DNA of 56,425 bases, filler included, from Squatina squatina (taxonomy: Eukaryota): NCBI GenBank assembly GCA_031763465.1. It is 4 parts of 4 records of this genome, joined end to end, with 100 filler letters (N's around TTAATTAATTAA, not from the genome) between each part and the next. Parts side by side here need not be neighbours in the genome. Positions count along the whole stretch, not along the records: positions 1 to 13,419 come from JARFOE010000162.1; 3 more parts are not named here. One strand, 5' to 3'. Numbering within the stretch: the first letter of the stretch is position 1; every line of letters begins with the position of its first letter. Under the pieces are notes generated by a model. That model was not told where the DNA came from and did not search any database. It worked only from the letters and a program-made list of their open reading frames with translations. The translations under genes and the position numbers were made by a program. This document shows positions 1 through 11,275 of the stretch, piece by piece.

Positions 1-45
1 TGGGCTGTGCAGCCCCCACCCCCGAAAAAATTAAAGGGAACACTG
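1..45. mobile_element. Right end of a hAT-type MITE, truncated by the window edge
   Basis: Ends TTAAAGGGAACACTG, the same terminus type as the copies at 29864-30007 and 41673-41784. Confidence 0.5.
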
Positions 46-716
46 GAGATAAGGGAACATTTTTATTATGCAGCAAGTACTGTTAGTTGGACACAGTACC
101 TTGGGCTTGGGGGAAGGAGATCTAAAGATCAGGTGAGGTTTCCACTCCTTTCTGGAAAATAACCTATGTAGACAATGGGGGAAGAACAGGCTCAGGTGTG
201 ATATGCATCCTATGGTTGAATAGCCTACTAAAAGTCACTGTCTAGTTTTGCTCCAGAATAGTCTCTTGGGCAAGTTACTAGATGGGTCGGGACTGTGCCT
301 CAGGCAAGAAGAGGAGAAAATTGGAGGGAGGAGGTGGAAAAAACTAAGTATTGCTGTTGGTACTGAAAGGGTGAAGCTTCTGAGCAATTCTGCTGGTGGT
401 GTAACTATAAAAGGCAGAGACTAACCTCGCCGTCACAGCTGGGGCTGGCAATTATTTTGACAGCAGAAGCGCTCCACAGAATCGCTTCCTTAGGTCCCCT
501 GCAATTATCTGTTACCCTGTAATTTTGGGTTGCCAAGGGAACCCAACTAAGATAAAAGGCCAGAGAACATCACTCATCCTCCTGCTAGAACTATCAGCAG
601 TTCCTCGAGTGTCCCATTCTTCATTTTCACTAATTTCTAATACACTGCCCAGCTGTATTTGCAACGTAACTCACCCAAGAGACTAGTCTGGTGCAAATCT
701 AGACAGTGACTGTTGG

Positions 717-1156
717 TAAGAAAGAAGACAGACATTTATTTAGCGATTTTTTATGACTTCAGGACGTCCCTGCGCTTTGCGGCCGATTAATAACTTTTGA
801 AGTACAGTGGCTGTTGTAATGTAGGAAAGGCGGCAGCCAATTTGCACACAGCAAGCTTCCACAAACAGCAATGAGATAATGACTAGTTATCTAGTGATGT
901 TGGCTGAGGGATAAATATTGGCCAGGACATAGGAGGAGAACTCTGGCATGGGATCTTTTACATCCACCTGAGAGAGCAGACGGGGCCTCGGTTCAACATC
1001 TCATTTGAAAGACAGCACCTCCGACAGTGCAGTACCCCCTCAGCACTTCACTGGAGTATCAGCCGAGATTTTTGTGCTCAAGTCCCTGGAGTGGGACTTG
1101 AACCCACAACCGTCTGACTCAGGTGAGAGTTCTACCAACTGAGCCACGGCTGACAC
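717..1156 (-). mobile_element. Near full-length tRNA-derived Deu-domain SINE (SacSINE1-like)
   Basis: On the minus strand: A box TGGCTCAGTTGG (1135-1146), B box GGTTCAAGTCCC (1093-1104), Deu-like core GGATGTAAAAGATCCCATG..TGTCCTGGCCAA, and an L2-like tail. Many partial copies occur elsewhere in the window. Confidence 0.8.
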
Positions 1157-1464
1157 TGGTGGGCATATCACAGTTCAGACTGTTCTCACCTATTCTCCAG
1201 ATAGACACTTTGCAACAGAAGCCAAATGTTGGCGACCAAGAGTGGGAACCTTGGCTGATCGTTATACCACCCCCCTACCCCCTCAGTTGGCGAGCACTGC
1301 CTCCTGCATTTAACCAATTCTCTCCTGGAGGCCCACACTCACTGGGATAGAGCATCTCACCCACGTGTACAAGGCTAGATGATAAGCATTTAATCGAACA
1401 CACACACACACACACACGATTGTGATTACAGCCCAAGAACTCTGCCCTGTTGCATCCCACATTT

Positions 1465-1690
1465 TCTTCGCTCCACCATTAGCGGTTGTGCCTTCAGTCG
1501 CCGAAGCCCTAAGCTCTGGAATTCCCTTCCTAAACCTCAAAGCCTCTTCACCTGTAAAACTGTTTAAAACTTAGCTCTTTGACCAAGCTTTTGGCCACCT
1601 GTGCTAATGTCTCCTTCTTTGGCTCTGTGTCAATTTTTGTCGGATTGTGCTCCTATGAAGCACCTTGGGACATTTTAAAGGCAGTATACA
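1465..1690 (+). mobile_element. L2-type LINE 3' end fragment
   Basis: CCTAAGCTCTGGAATTCCCT..CTCTTTGACCAAGCTTTTGG..GAAGCACCTTGGGAC; similar to the reverse complement of 35010-35240. Confidence 0.7.
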
Positions 1691-2004
1691 CACACACACA
1701 GACACACATTGTTTACTGTGTGCTAATCCAAAATATGTCAGTGTCATTCTATATATACATTCATCCCATGCTCAAGGAACTAGTGTCACAAGCAGCTGCA
1801 CTGTGGACAGATATAATACAGCTCTCTTTCAGGGCAGAATGCACTGCTGATATGGTAAAACATCCAGTTTCTGGTAAGAAGAGCTTAATGTTATGATACA
1901 TAGGCTGTTTCAGTATAGAATGGGTTAATGTTACTGCACAGATGACAATTCAAACATTCCTGTTTCACTCAGTCTCGACTCTCTACCAGGCAGCACCATC
2001 TCAC

Positions 2005-2141
2005 CTTGTTAAAGTCTTCTGACGTCGCTCTCATCTCCTTCCATGTTTTGTTGAGCAGCTGGATGCAGATACAGAAGAACTCCTCGAAAGCTCGGTCATG
2101 GGTGAAGAACATGGGGTGGTACTCATTGCAGCCCTCATTAG
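2005..2141 (-). CDS. ELMO2: ELMO2 internal coding exon (ELMO domain)
   Basis: 137-nt exon bounded by cag| and |gtgaga; translates (P)[45 protein letters not shown]. Paralog assignment rests on NEG..YHP/RAF, the ELMO2-type start exon at 4161 and the SLC35C2 neighbour. Confidence 0.9.
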
Positions 2142-2396
2142 CTGTATCCACAAGATATCAACGATTAGATGTTAGAATATCTTTTTAAAAAATTCATAAA
2201 ACAATTTTTTTTGTACAGGCTATTCTTACCCAATTAGCCACTCCCAAATAACAAGAAACTTAGTGACGTAGTACCTCCCTCACACTGGATACAAGAAAGT
2301 GACTGATGTGTAATCTGCTCACCTCTGACCTCCAACCCCTCTCTCTTCCTCTCAATCTTTCTGCTTTTTCTATATTTTATTACTTCTGCTAATCAG

Positions 2397-2712
2397 CTGT
2401 TACCACTAGACTTGACTATTCCAACGCACTCCTGGCTGTCCTCCATACTCTACCCTACATAACTCGAGATGGTCAAAAGATCAAAAACTCGGCTGCATGT
2501 GTCCTAACTCGCACCAAGTCCCGCTCAGCCATCAACCCTGTGCTCACTGACCTACGTTGGCTCCCAGTTAAGCAATGCCTCGATTTCAAAGTTCTCATCC
2601 TTGTTTTCAAATCTCTCCATGGCCTCGCCCCTCCCTATCTCTAATCTCCTCCAGCCCCACCCCCTCCAAGGTCTCTGCGCTCCTCTACTTCTGCCCTCCC
2701 GAGCATCCCTGA
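2397..2712 (+). mobile_element. L2 LINE ORF2 C-terminal fragment (decayed)
   Basis: Translates with frameshifts as VTTRLDYSNALLA..NSAACVLTRTKSRSAINPVLTDLRWLPVKQCLDFKVLILVFKSLHGLAPPYL, typical of the L2 ORF2 C-terminus. Confidence 0.85.
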
Positions 2713-3294
2713 NNNNNNNNNNNNNNNNNNNNNNNNNNNNNNNNNNNNNNNNNNNNNNNNNNNNNNNNNNNNNNNNNNNNNNNNNNNNNNNNNNNNNNNN
2801 NNNNNNNNNNNNAAAAAAGGTAATTCGTGTCCCGTTACTGCCCGCACTGAGGGTTCAAAATGACACGCGTCAATCACTACTTACTGTCAAAGGCAGATGG
2901 AGACCAGACTCCTCCCCTTCTGAGGAGGGAAGGACAGACTGACGGTAACAGCAGAGACCCCCAAAGCAACAGTGTCACACCAACGGGCCGTATCCACACA
3001 GCATGAGTTAGAGCAGCAACAAGAAGAGATAAGCGGTTAGTATGACAGACAGGAAAGAGCACAACAGAGGCAGGGTGGAGGGACCACGAGCATCCATTAG
3101 AGCTCGCGGGGATGGGAATCTAACAAACAGATCCCTGGGAGGAAAGCCATTAACTCTAATGGAGCCTTATGGGACACAGCTCACTAACAAACAAAGGGCA
3201 GCTGTGACTAATAAACAGTCAGGGGAAAATACAAATCCACAACATTATTTTTCTCCCTTATCCTCATATTTTCCACAACTAACATTTAGGAAGA

Positions 3295-3436
3295 ATGCCA
3301 AGTCTATAGAGTAGGTACCGAAGGGATTCACTGAGATGATATCAGGGATGAGAGGCTTCAGCTACAAGGAGAAACAGGGACTCTGTTCATTAGAGCAGAG
3401 AAGGTTAAGAGGAGATCTGATCGAGGTGTTCAAAAT
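3295..3436 (+). mobile_element. CR1 LINE ORF2 C-terminal fragment
   Basis: FTEMISGMRGFSYKEK..LCSLEQRRLRGDLIEVFKI, containing the CR1 RRLRGDLIEVFK motif. Confidence 0.85.
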
Positions 3437-4160
3437 NNNNNNNNNNNNNNNNNNNNNNNNNNNNNNNNNNNNNNNNNNNNNNNNNNNNNNNNNNNNNNNN
3501 NNNNNNNNNNNNNNNNNNNNNNNNNNNNNNNNNNNNTGCTCGCTATATGAAAAATAAATCTCGATAGCAGGTAGCAGCTGGCAAGCTTGCTGCCGGCAGT
3601 GGTACAAGGCTTCGTAGACCCAGCTGCTACTCCACACAGATGTTTCAAACCAACGACAAGTTTATTGGCAGAAGTTCCGGTCCCCGAGCTGAAATCAGCA
3701 ACAATTTCACAGCTGCACGTGGCAGTGTGTCAAGTAGCACCTTACATCCCGCTGCAGTACGACACACACACAGTCTCAGCAAAGGGAGACGCGATCAGCC
3801 TCTCTCTGCTTCAGAGTCTCGGGTTTGAGGCACACACTCTGTCCATCTAACACACGCTACGTACTCCCACCGTCCAACCGTCTCTCCCATCCCATCCCCT
3901 CCCCGTCGCACACTCTGTTCCGACCGCGACCTACGATCAGCCGCCCCGCACCCCCCCCAGCATCTAACACTCTACCCACACACTCCCTCCCTTCCCCTCT
4001 CAGTAAATCACATTTTAATAACGGACCTGGTTATTTCCACCTATTCCATGGTGATCAAGGGTTTCCGATAAACTCCTTTATACAAATATCAACGTAATCT
4101 ATTTTCAGCACAACTCCACCTTCATCCATTGGAACTCTGGTCAGCATCACAGCCACTCAC

Positions 4161-4238
4161 CTGGTCTATTTCAATCAGCTGGGCATTGGCTCCTGGCCAT
4201 TCGATCGCCACCTTCACAATGTCTGATGGGGGCGGCAT
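4161..4238 (-). CDS. ELMO2: ELMO2 first coding exon; the exon including 5'UTR probably spans 4161-4306
   Basis: ATG at 4238; [26 protein letters not shown]|gtgagt matches the ELMO2 N-terminus (ELMO1 has GAYPKL here). Acceptor ctctctcacacag lies at 4307. Confidence 0.95.
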
Positions 4239-6073
4239 TGGTCCGGCTCCTGCTCAACTACAGCTCAAAGAGACAGATCAGCGCCTTGATACATCGGAGG
4301 TCAAACCTGTGTGAGAGAGGGGCTCGAAATTTAAAAAACGTGTAAATTTTCCAACCAATAATGCAAAGGTTCACTCTTGAATGTGTAACTTAGCCACAAG
4401 ATCAGAAGATCAAGGTTCAATTGCCACAACGAGTGCTACAATTGACTTCAGGTCACTGGGCTATGAAAGGGAAGCATCAGCCAGCAGACCTGCCTCTTGT
4501 CACTATCCAGTGTTAGAAAGTGCAGGTGTGTGAATATTAGGTGTAGACAGGATCCAACTGGGATACCCCACAATCAAATTAACCTGCCAGCACATTCGGT
4601 CAAGGTCTCCCACAGCATAGGTGGCCATTCGGCCCATCGTGCCAATGACAGTTCTCAAAGAGCTATCCAATTAGTCTTGCTCCCCTGCCCTTTTCCCCCA
4701 TAGCCCTGCAAATCTTTCCTTTCAAGTATACATCAAATTCCCTGTCAAACGTAAAATTAGCCATCTACTCGGGCGAGGTACTGTCAGCGGCTGTGCACCC
4801 ACATTCCGATCCTGGTCTTCAGGAGAGTATAAAGACATAAACCCTCTAAAACAAAAGCATCTCACACACCAAACAGAGGAAAAGAACAACAGTAAATCCA
4901 TCGACCTGCAGACTGAGGCTTTTTACTGAAATGAACTGAAGAATGTGCCATGTCCTTTGAAGAATACAGCCTATAAATATATATATCTCTTCTGTTCATG
5001 CTCTTGTCTCTTTCATGCTCCCCAGCTCTCATTCGTTTTTTGACAGTAACTCAGCGATGAATGATCCAGAGTACTCAGTTGACACAGAATGTAAAATAAA
5101 CTGAGTGTGGCAAAATAAAGCATGGACCTGTAAAATGTTTTACCAAGAGGAGGCTCGGAGCATGACTGAATGACTGTTCTTTATTTCCAAAGTTATTGAC
5201 CATCCAGAAATTGTCCTTTTCTGCTGGTGATCTGGAGGCTGAAATATGCTAAGGGCATAAAGATTAACAGTAAGTAAAGCTGTTGAGTTAATTCATCGAA
5301 AGACAAATGCATCATAAATGCTCTGCATATTTGCAGCAGTGGTGTAATGGCAAGAGATTAACATCCAAAGATTTTGTAAAGAACGTATAATAGCAAACTA
5401 TTTGTTATCATTCGAGTTTTAGAGATTGTGAGATCGCCAGGAATTGTAGTTTTTACTCTGTATTTGTTTTTTGGAATAGTTGCATTGCTGATAAAATCAG
5501 CTGCATTTAGATCGAAGTTTGAATCCTTAATCACAAGTGATACAGATTGCATATTTTGAGAATAGTTGATGAAAAAAATTGAACCTAGTACCAAATTCAT
5601 TTTTATTTTCACAAGACAATGACCAGACAACTCGCAAGCACAAATGAATTGTGATCGGTGCACTACCATAAAGAAAAATTGTAGAACATAGCCCCCAACT
5701 TTATTTTATTTGGTGTATTTTAATGGCTAAAGGGCAGAGATGGCAGATAATATGGAAAGTAGCACATAAGACACGTGTCATCAGAAATATGAAAAAATAA
5801 ATTATAGGGCTGCGAATGTACACAATATTACAAGTTTGAGATATTGCACTCTAAATGTATTCTAAAAATAGACTTTTAGAAAATACAAAAACAATCTCTT
5901 AGAAGTTACTTACCAGTGGGCGAGTAGGTATTTTTCTTAAATATATAAAATTCTCGGTCGCCAAAAGCTGTTGNNNNNNNNNNNNNNNNNNNNNNNNNNN
6001 NNNNNNNNNNNNNNNNNNNNNNNNNNNNNNNNNNNNNNNNNNNNNNNNNNNNNNNNNNNNNNNNNNNNNNNNN

Positions 6074-6303
6074 GTAGTGAACCTGTGGAATTCTCTACCA
6101 CAGAAGGCTGTGGAGGCCGGGTCACTGAGTATATTCAAGAAGGAGATAGAGAGATTTTTAGACACTAAAGACATCAAGGGGTATGGGGAGAAAGCAGGAA
6201 TATGGCGATGAGATAGAGGAACAGCCATGATCTTATTGAATGGCAGAGCAGGCTCGAAGGGCCGAAAAGCCTACACCTGCTCCTATTTTCTATGTTTCTG
6301 TTT
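6074..6303 (+). mobile_element. CR1 LINE 3' end with (TATGTTTC)-type tail
   Basis: CTGTGGAATTCTCTACCACAGAAGGCTGTGGAGGCC..GCAGGCTCGAAGGGCCGAA..CCTGCTCCTATTTTCTATGTTTC; reverse-complement copies at 8341-8662 and 13370-13419. Confidence 0.85.
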
Positions 6304-7820
6304 CTAACAGCAAAGGAAGACAAAAAGATGGTAAGATCTGCAAAAATGGAATAAGAAAATAAACTTGTGAGGGATATCAAGATTAACAAAAAATGATATA
6401 TGGCTATATGTTAGATTATGTTAGAAGAAAGAGGGTAGTCAAGGGTAATGTGGGACCTTTAAGAACAGATGGTGGGTAAAATTGCAAGTGAAAATAAGGA
6501 AATGACAGACAGGAAATGAATAATTAATGCTGCAGTACAGAGTGCACTGGGAAGCTGGGATTGAAGACAGGAAGTGAAGTGCTTCCTGAATAGCACTTGA
6601 ACAAACAAGTGAAGCCTCAAGCTAAAGAAGAGTCAAAGGAACTGGTTCCCCGGAGACCCGTCATTCAGCTCGGAGAAAGAGCTCCGCAGGTCATGGTCCC
6701 AATATTCCAGGATTCCTACCAGTACCAGCTGCAGTTCTGTAGCCCATGGGATCTCCCAAGGAATTCATAAAATGGGTACAAAAAGTAAGGCGCATATTGG
6801 AATCTGCTTTGGGGGGGGAAAAGAAAAAAAAAAGTGTTCTAGGGAGATTGCTGCAGTTCAATCATTTAAACACATGCCAGCACATGGCTTGATGCCAAGT
6901 AAAAATTTGAAACTGAACACTACACAGAAATTTAATTTCATACCAAAAGGTATGTATGGGCTGCCTCTGGTTTAATGCTGGAACACAAGTTCTATGTTAC
7001 TGCTCAGGAAGGACCCACTGGCTATGCGGAGTTAGGGTGGAGGTGAGGGCTACACAATTCATCTGTCACGGGGGCGGGGAGGGAAACAACCAATGTTCTC
7101 ACTCTAGAAACTGTGCGTAGCAGGCGAGAAGAGCACCGGCTCAACTGCAACATTCCCCAGCCCAAAACATCCAGTTGACACCCAGTATCCAGGCCCACTT
7201 GAAGAATGGCCATTTGGACAAGGCGCTGGGAGTCAGCATTCAGAAAACATGGCAGACACTGGAGGATCATTATGCACTGCTCCAAACTGTGGAGCTACAG
7301 CCAGCAAAAGAATACAGTTAAGAAACCAGAATTGGTTTGAACCAACCGAGTCACAGTACGGTCGGGTGTGCGGTATATGAGGCATGATGCAAAACTGAAA
7401 AAGGTGGATAAGAAAGAAGCTAAATAGGTTGTCATTACTTGATGCCAGAAGTGATAAAATAGAATGCTGTCTGAAAGGCAGACACTTGCATTTCTATAGT
7501 TCACAACCTCAGGATGTCCCAAAGTGCTTTACNNNNNNNNNNNNNNNNNNNNNNNNNNNNNNNNNNNNNNNNNNNNNNNNNNNNNNNNNNNNNNNNNNNN
7601 NNNNNNNNNNNNNNNNNNNNNNNNNNNNNNNNCTCCTTCTCCAGGGCCACCTGGGCACGGACAAACTGATCAGCTGGTGTCTGAAAGTGATATTTGGGTG
7701 AAAACCTTTTACCAGAAAGATTTGATTTATTGCCTGTTTACTTTAGTAAATGGAGATGTATTTGACTGTTTGCAGTCATCTATTGAATAATCTGTTGGCT
7801 GTGTTGCTGTTTTTGTTTAG

Positions 7821-7989
7821 AGACCATGGCTGATCGTGGTGATCATGTTAATAGCTGGAGGCCTCTTCATGTTTACGTACAAGTCAACCCAGTTTAATGT
7901 GAAGGGATTCATTCTGGTGTTTGTCGCGTCCTTCATCGGGGGGATACGGTGGACGCTGACACAGATCCTTACCCAGAAGGCAGAGCTAG
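7821..7989 (+). CDS. SLC35C2: SLC35C2 (solute carrier family 35 member C2) internal exon
   Basis: 169-nt exon bounded by ttttgtttag| and G|gtaatt; [56 protein letters not shown](G) matches SLC35C2. Confidence 0.93.
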
Positions 7990-8340
7990 GTAATTTCAAT
8001 ATCTCAGTACGACAGCTTTTTGGAGTGGGATGGAGTCCATTACCTGGGCATCTACATGGGATTCTGTGTAAAAATTGCAATATGTGTAAAATTGTTCATA
8101 TGTGATGCATTCCTCAGCTTTTCCATTTGCATGCAAAGTCTTTGTTTGAGACAGGCAGCTTCTCTCCTCAGACACCAACCACTCCTCCAACATGGGCATG
8201 AAATACTGGCAAAGGCAAGACTGAGGCACAGCATGCCCACTGAGGGAGTTTATAGCAGGTTCAAAATTTCTGTGGTCTGGGGAGCCTTTAGCGACTGATG
8301 GGGTGACTTCCTGGAGTATAGGAATTTTAAAACAACTGAT

Positions 8341-8662
8341 ATAGGAACAGGAGTAGGCCATTCAGCCCCTTGAGCCTGTTCGCAATTCAGTTAGATCATG
8401 GCTGATGTATATCTTAACTCCATCTACCTGCCTTGTTTTTGTAACTCTTAATACCCATGCCTAACAAAAATCTATCCATCTTGGTTTTGAAATTTTCAAC
8501 TGACCGAGCCTCAACAGCTTTTTGGAGGAGAGAGTTCCAGATTTCCACTACCATTCATAGAAACATAGAAAATAGGTGCAGGAGTAGGCCATTCAGCCCT
8601 TTGAGCCTGCACCGCCATTCAACACGATCATGGCTGATCTTTCAACTCAGTACCCCGTACCT
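8341..8662 (-). mobile_element. Two adjacent CR1 3'-end fragments
   Basis: AGGAGTAGGCCATTCAGCCC occurs twice (near 8349 and 8580); the second copy starts with the CATAGAAACATAGAAA tail. Confidence 0.8.
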
Positions 8663-8762
8663 NNNNNNNNNNNNNNNNNNNNNNNNNNNNNNNNNNNNNN
8701 NNNNNNNNNNNNNNNNNNNNNNNNNNNNNNNNNNNNNNNNNNNNNNNNNNNNNNNNNNNNNN

Positions 8763-8960
8763 CAGTGACGGCAGCATTGGCTGGGTCACCGCAGGGTCAG
8801 CGCCATGGCAACGCTGTTTTAGCATTGCCACGTTATGCTGACCCGGAACGGTGACTAAGTCACCAAGGCCGCGTAACAGTGCGTTGCCGGTGGCGCGGCA
8901 CACTTCGGGCTGTCGGCCCCTGAATGCTGCGGCCTGTTTGGGCGCAGCCGAACTGGGGCC
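8763..8960. mobile_element. GC-rich non-autonomous DNA element end with internal hairpin
   Basis: CpG-rich; nested inverted repeats at 8785-8855; ends AACTGGGGCC, resembling the Harbinger-like termini elsewhere in the window. Confidence 0.45.
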
Positions 8961-9241
8961 TCCTCGTTTTAATATTTGGCTTGCATTTTTGTGAGGTTCT
9001 GGCCATCCAGTACAAATTCAGACTAATGGTTGCCCTAAGTCCATCTCACATTCCAGCTGTTCAGCAGCACAAGACAGATGTTCCTCCAATGATGTAGCCT
9101 TCCTCTGATCAGCAACATTCCATTCCAAAAACTCACCCAGCCAGCGGAGAAGTGGAATTTGAATGATAGCACATTACCCTCTGAACAGGAGCCCAATCGT
9201 TCAGCGCCTACAGTGGTTGTGAATGAACAGTCTCTACCTAC

Positions 9242-9418
9242 CATATCATCGGTGATATTCACTTGCAAGGCTCCAGCTCCATAATACGCGAATCCTGCCG
9301 AATTAGCAAAGAATTCCGACAGTCCCATGTACATCATGTGGTCAGCTTGTTTGGAGAGGCTAACTGGGGCTGGACTGAAGGGAGGTTCTTTATGCTGTGC
9401 CACACTATAGAACTCACC
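9242..9418 (-). CDS. BPI/LBP-family exon (linker and start of the C-terminal BPI2 domain)
   Basis: 177-nt phase-0 exon bounded by ttttaacag| and |gtaggt; GEFYSVAQHKEPPFSPAPVSLSKQADHMMYMGLSEFFANSAGFAYYGAGALQVNITDDM fits the GEF..PPF.P..M.Y..LSE.F.NSA..Y..AG.L..ITDDM signature. BPI versus LBP is not resolvable. Confidence 0.9.
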
Positions 9419-9887
9419 CTGTTAAAAATGATTTAATACATCAAAGCTCAGAAACGCAATATAGAGGCGACAGATTATTGTTCTAAGAGGCTCCAGCTTA
9501 TTGGGAATGGGTGTTTGCGGAGCTGGTGAATGTCACATCCATTCAGCCTTGTTCAAGCTTCTGAGCCAGCTACAGAAACATGTAACAAAGGAAGGGCAGA
9601 CAGGAGGGGAGGGATTGGAAACTACTCCTTATTGGCTAAAACCCAAATCACACTTCACTCAGATAATTACATCTGACATCACTGGGTATTTTTTGAGGGT
9701 ATTCACCCTACAAGCCAACCCACAGGATTCAGTAAAGCTGAGGAACAGCTTAAAAAAAATCCAACACAGCCCCCCAAAATGCTAATAACAAAAAAAACAA
9801 GGGACAACTGAAAAATAGCCTTGAGCAAAGGCCTATGACCAAGGGTCACATTTCAAGGCAACTGAATCAATGTAAAACATGCTTACA

Positions 9888-9994
9888 TACTCACACTCAC
9901 CCCACACTCACCTTCACCCCACACTCACCTTCAACCCACACCCACCCTCACACTCACACTCACCCTCACTCACACTCACCCACACCCACACCCA
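9888..9994. repeat. Degenerate (CACACT/CACCCT)n simple repeat
   Basis: Directly visible; runs into a gap. Confidence 0.9.
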
Positions 9995-11154
9995 NNNNNN
10001 NNNNNNNNNNNNNNNNNNNNNNNNNNNNNNNNNNNNNNNNNNNNNNNNNNNNNNNNNNNNNNNNNNNNNNNNNNNNNNNNNNNNNNNNNNNNNNTGCGCA
10101 AATTATCTGCGTTTCCTACATTCGAACACTGACTACACTTCATTGGCTGAAGAGCACTTTGGGGTGCCCTGAAGTCGTGATCTGATTCGGAACCAAAGTC
10201 ACTAAACATATTGGCTATCAAAAAAGTTGCGAATTTAAAACCAACTTCTAGATTGTGCAGCTATGTACTTTACCCAAACGTTAAAATCACCTACTTTTTT
10301 TTCCAGCGGATCCCATTTACTTAAAATTCTTTCATCAGACATATCTTCACCGAAACAGAATCACAACAATGCTTTTCACGAGAGCTTGTGTGACGGGTAA
10401 CAGATTTAGTACTGTGTAGTACTAATCGCGTGCTGAAATAAACTGGGGGCAGGGAGAAGAGAGAAGACAGGTTGGGAGGGGAGGTGAGTAATATAGGCTA
10501 ACACTGTACTAGATCTGTTATTACAACTGTAATTTTAGACTTTGTACAAATTGTACAGGTAATCTTAGACACATGAAAAAGTAACATACTCAGAGACATA
10601 AAACACCTAGGTATAAAATATAAAGCAGTATAGTAGTTACTAAAATTACATNNNNNNNNNNNNNNNNNNNNNNNNNNNNNNNNNNNNNNNNNNNNNNNNN
10701 NNNNNNNNNNNNNNNNNNNNNNNNNNNNNNNNNNNNNNNNNNNNNNNNNNNNNNNNNNNNNNNNNNNNNNNNNNNNNNNNNNNNNNNNNNNNNNNNNNNN
10801 NNNNNNNNNNNNNNNNNNNNNNNNNNNNNNNNNNNNNNNNNNNNNNNNNNNNNNNCTGCGAGCCTTTCTTGTGACAGTGTGGGTCAGGGATCAGGCCGGG
10901 GTGTCAAAGCTCTAACCCTGACCTATGCTAACCAGGTACCGTGCTGGCCACTGCGCCTAGTCCAATGACCCTACATTGCCTCATCTTGTTGAAGTTAGCT
11001 CCCAAGATGATTATTATTTGAATTTCTTTTCTTTAGTTAAAGAACAAATAAATGCAAATAAAATTTAATGTTTTTCCAATCAAGTAATGAAACAAGACTG
11101 AGAAGCTTAGGTTTTGCAATAAACTGATTTCCATCGATTTTGTAATAAAGCTGG

Positions 11155-11275
11155 TTATCCAAATGTGCGGGTTATTTTGTAGGGCATCGTTCCGAGGTGC
11201 TTATCTACACTTTTGTACAGCTCACAAGAGACTTGGCTCTGTACATTATGCCTAAAGGCAGCAGGTGGAATCTTC
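11155..11275 (-). CDS. Candidate terminal coding exon of an unidentified gene
   Basis: ctttgtatcccaatag|G AAG.. gives KIPPAAFRHNVQSQVSCELYKSVDKHLGTMPYKITRTFG*, followed by AT-rich sequence with ATTAAA about 90 nt downstream. No homology recognised. Confidence 0.35.

Noticed and set aside
1080-1156. tRNA-like A/B box sequence
   Set aside because: It is the head of a SINE and continues directly into the Deu domain; no convincing cloverleaf.
5358-5669. 103-aa AT-rich ORF
   Set aside because: No recognisable homology and no clear splice boundaries.
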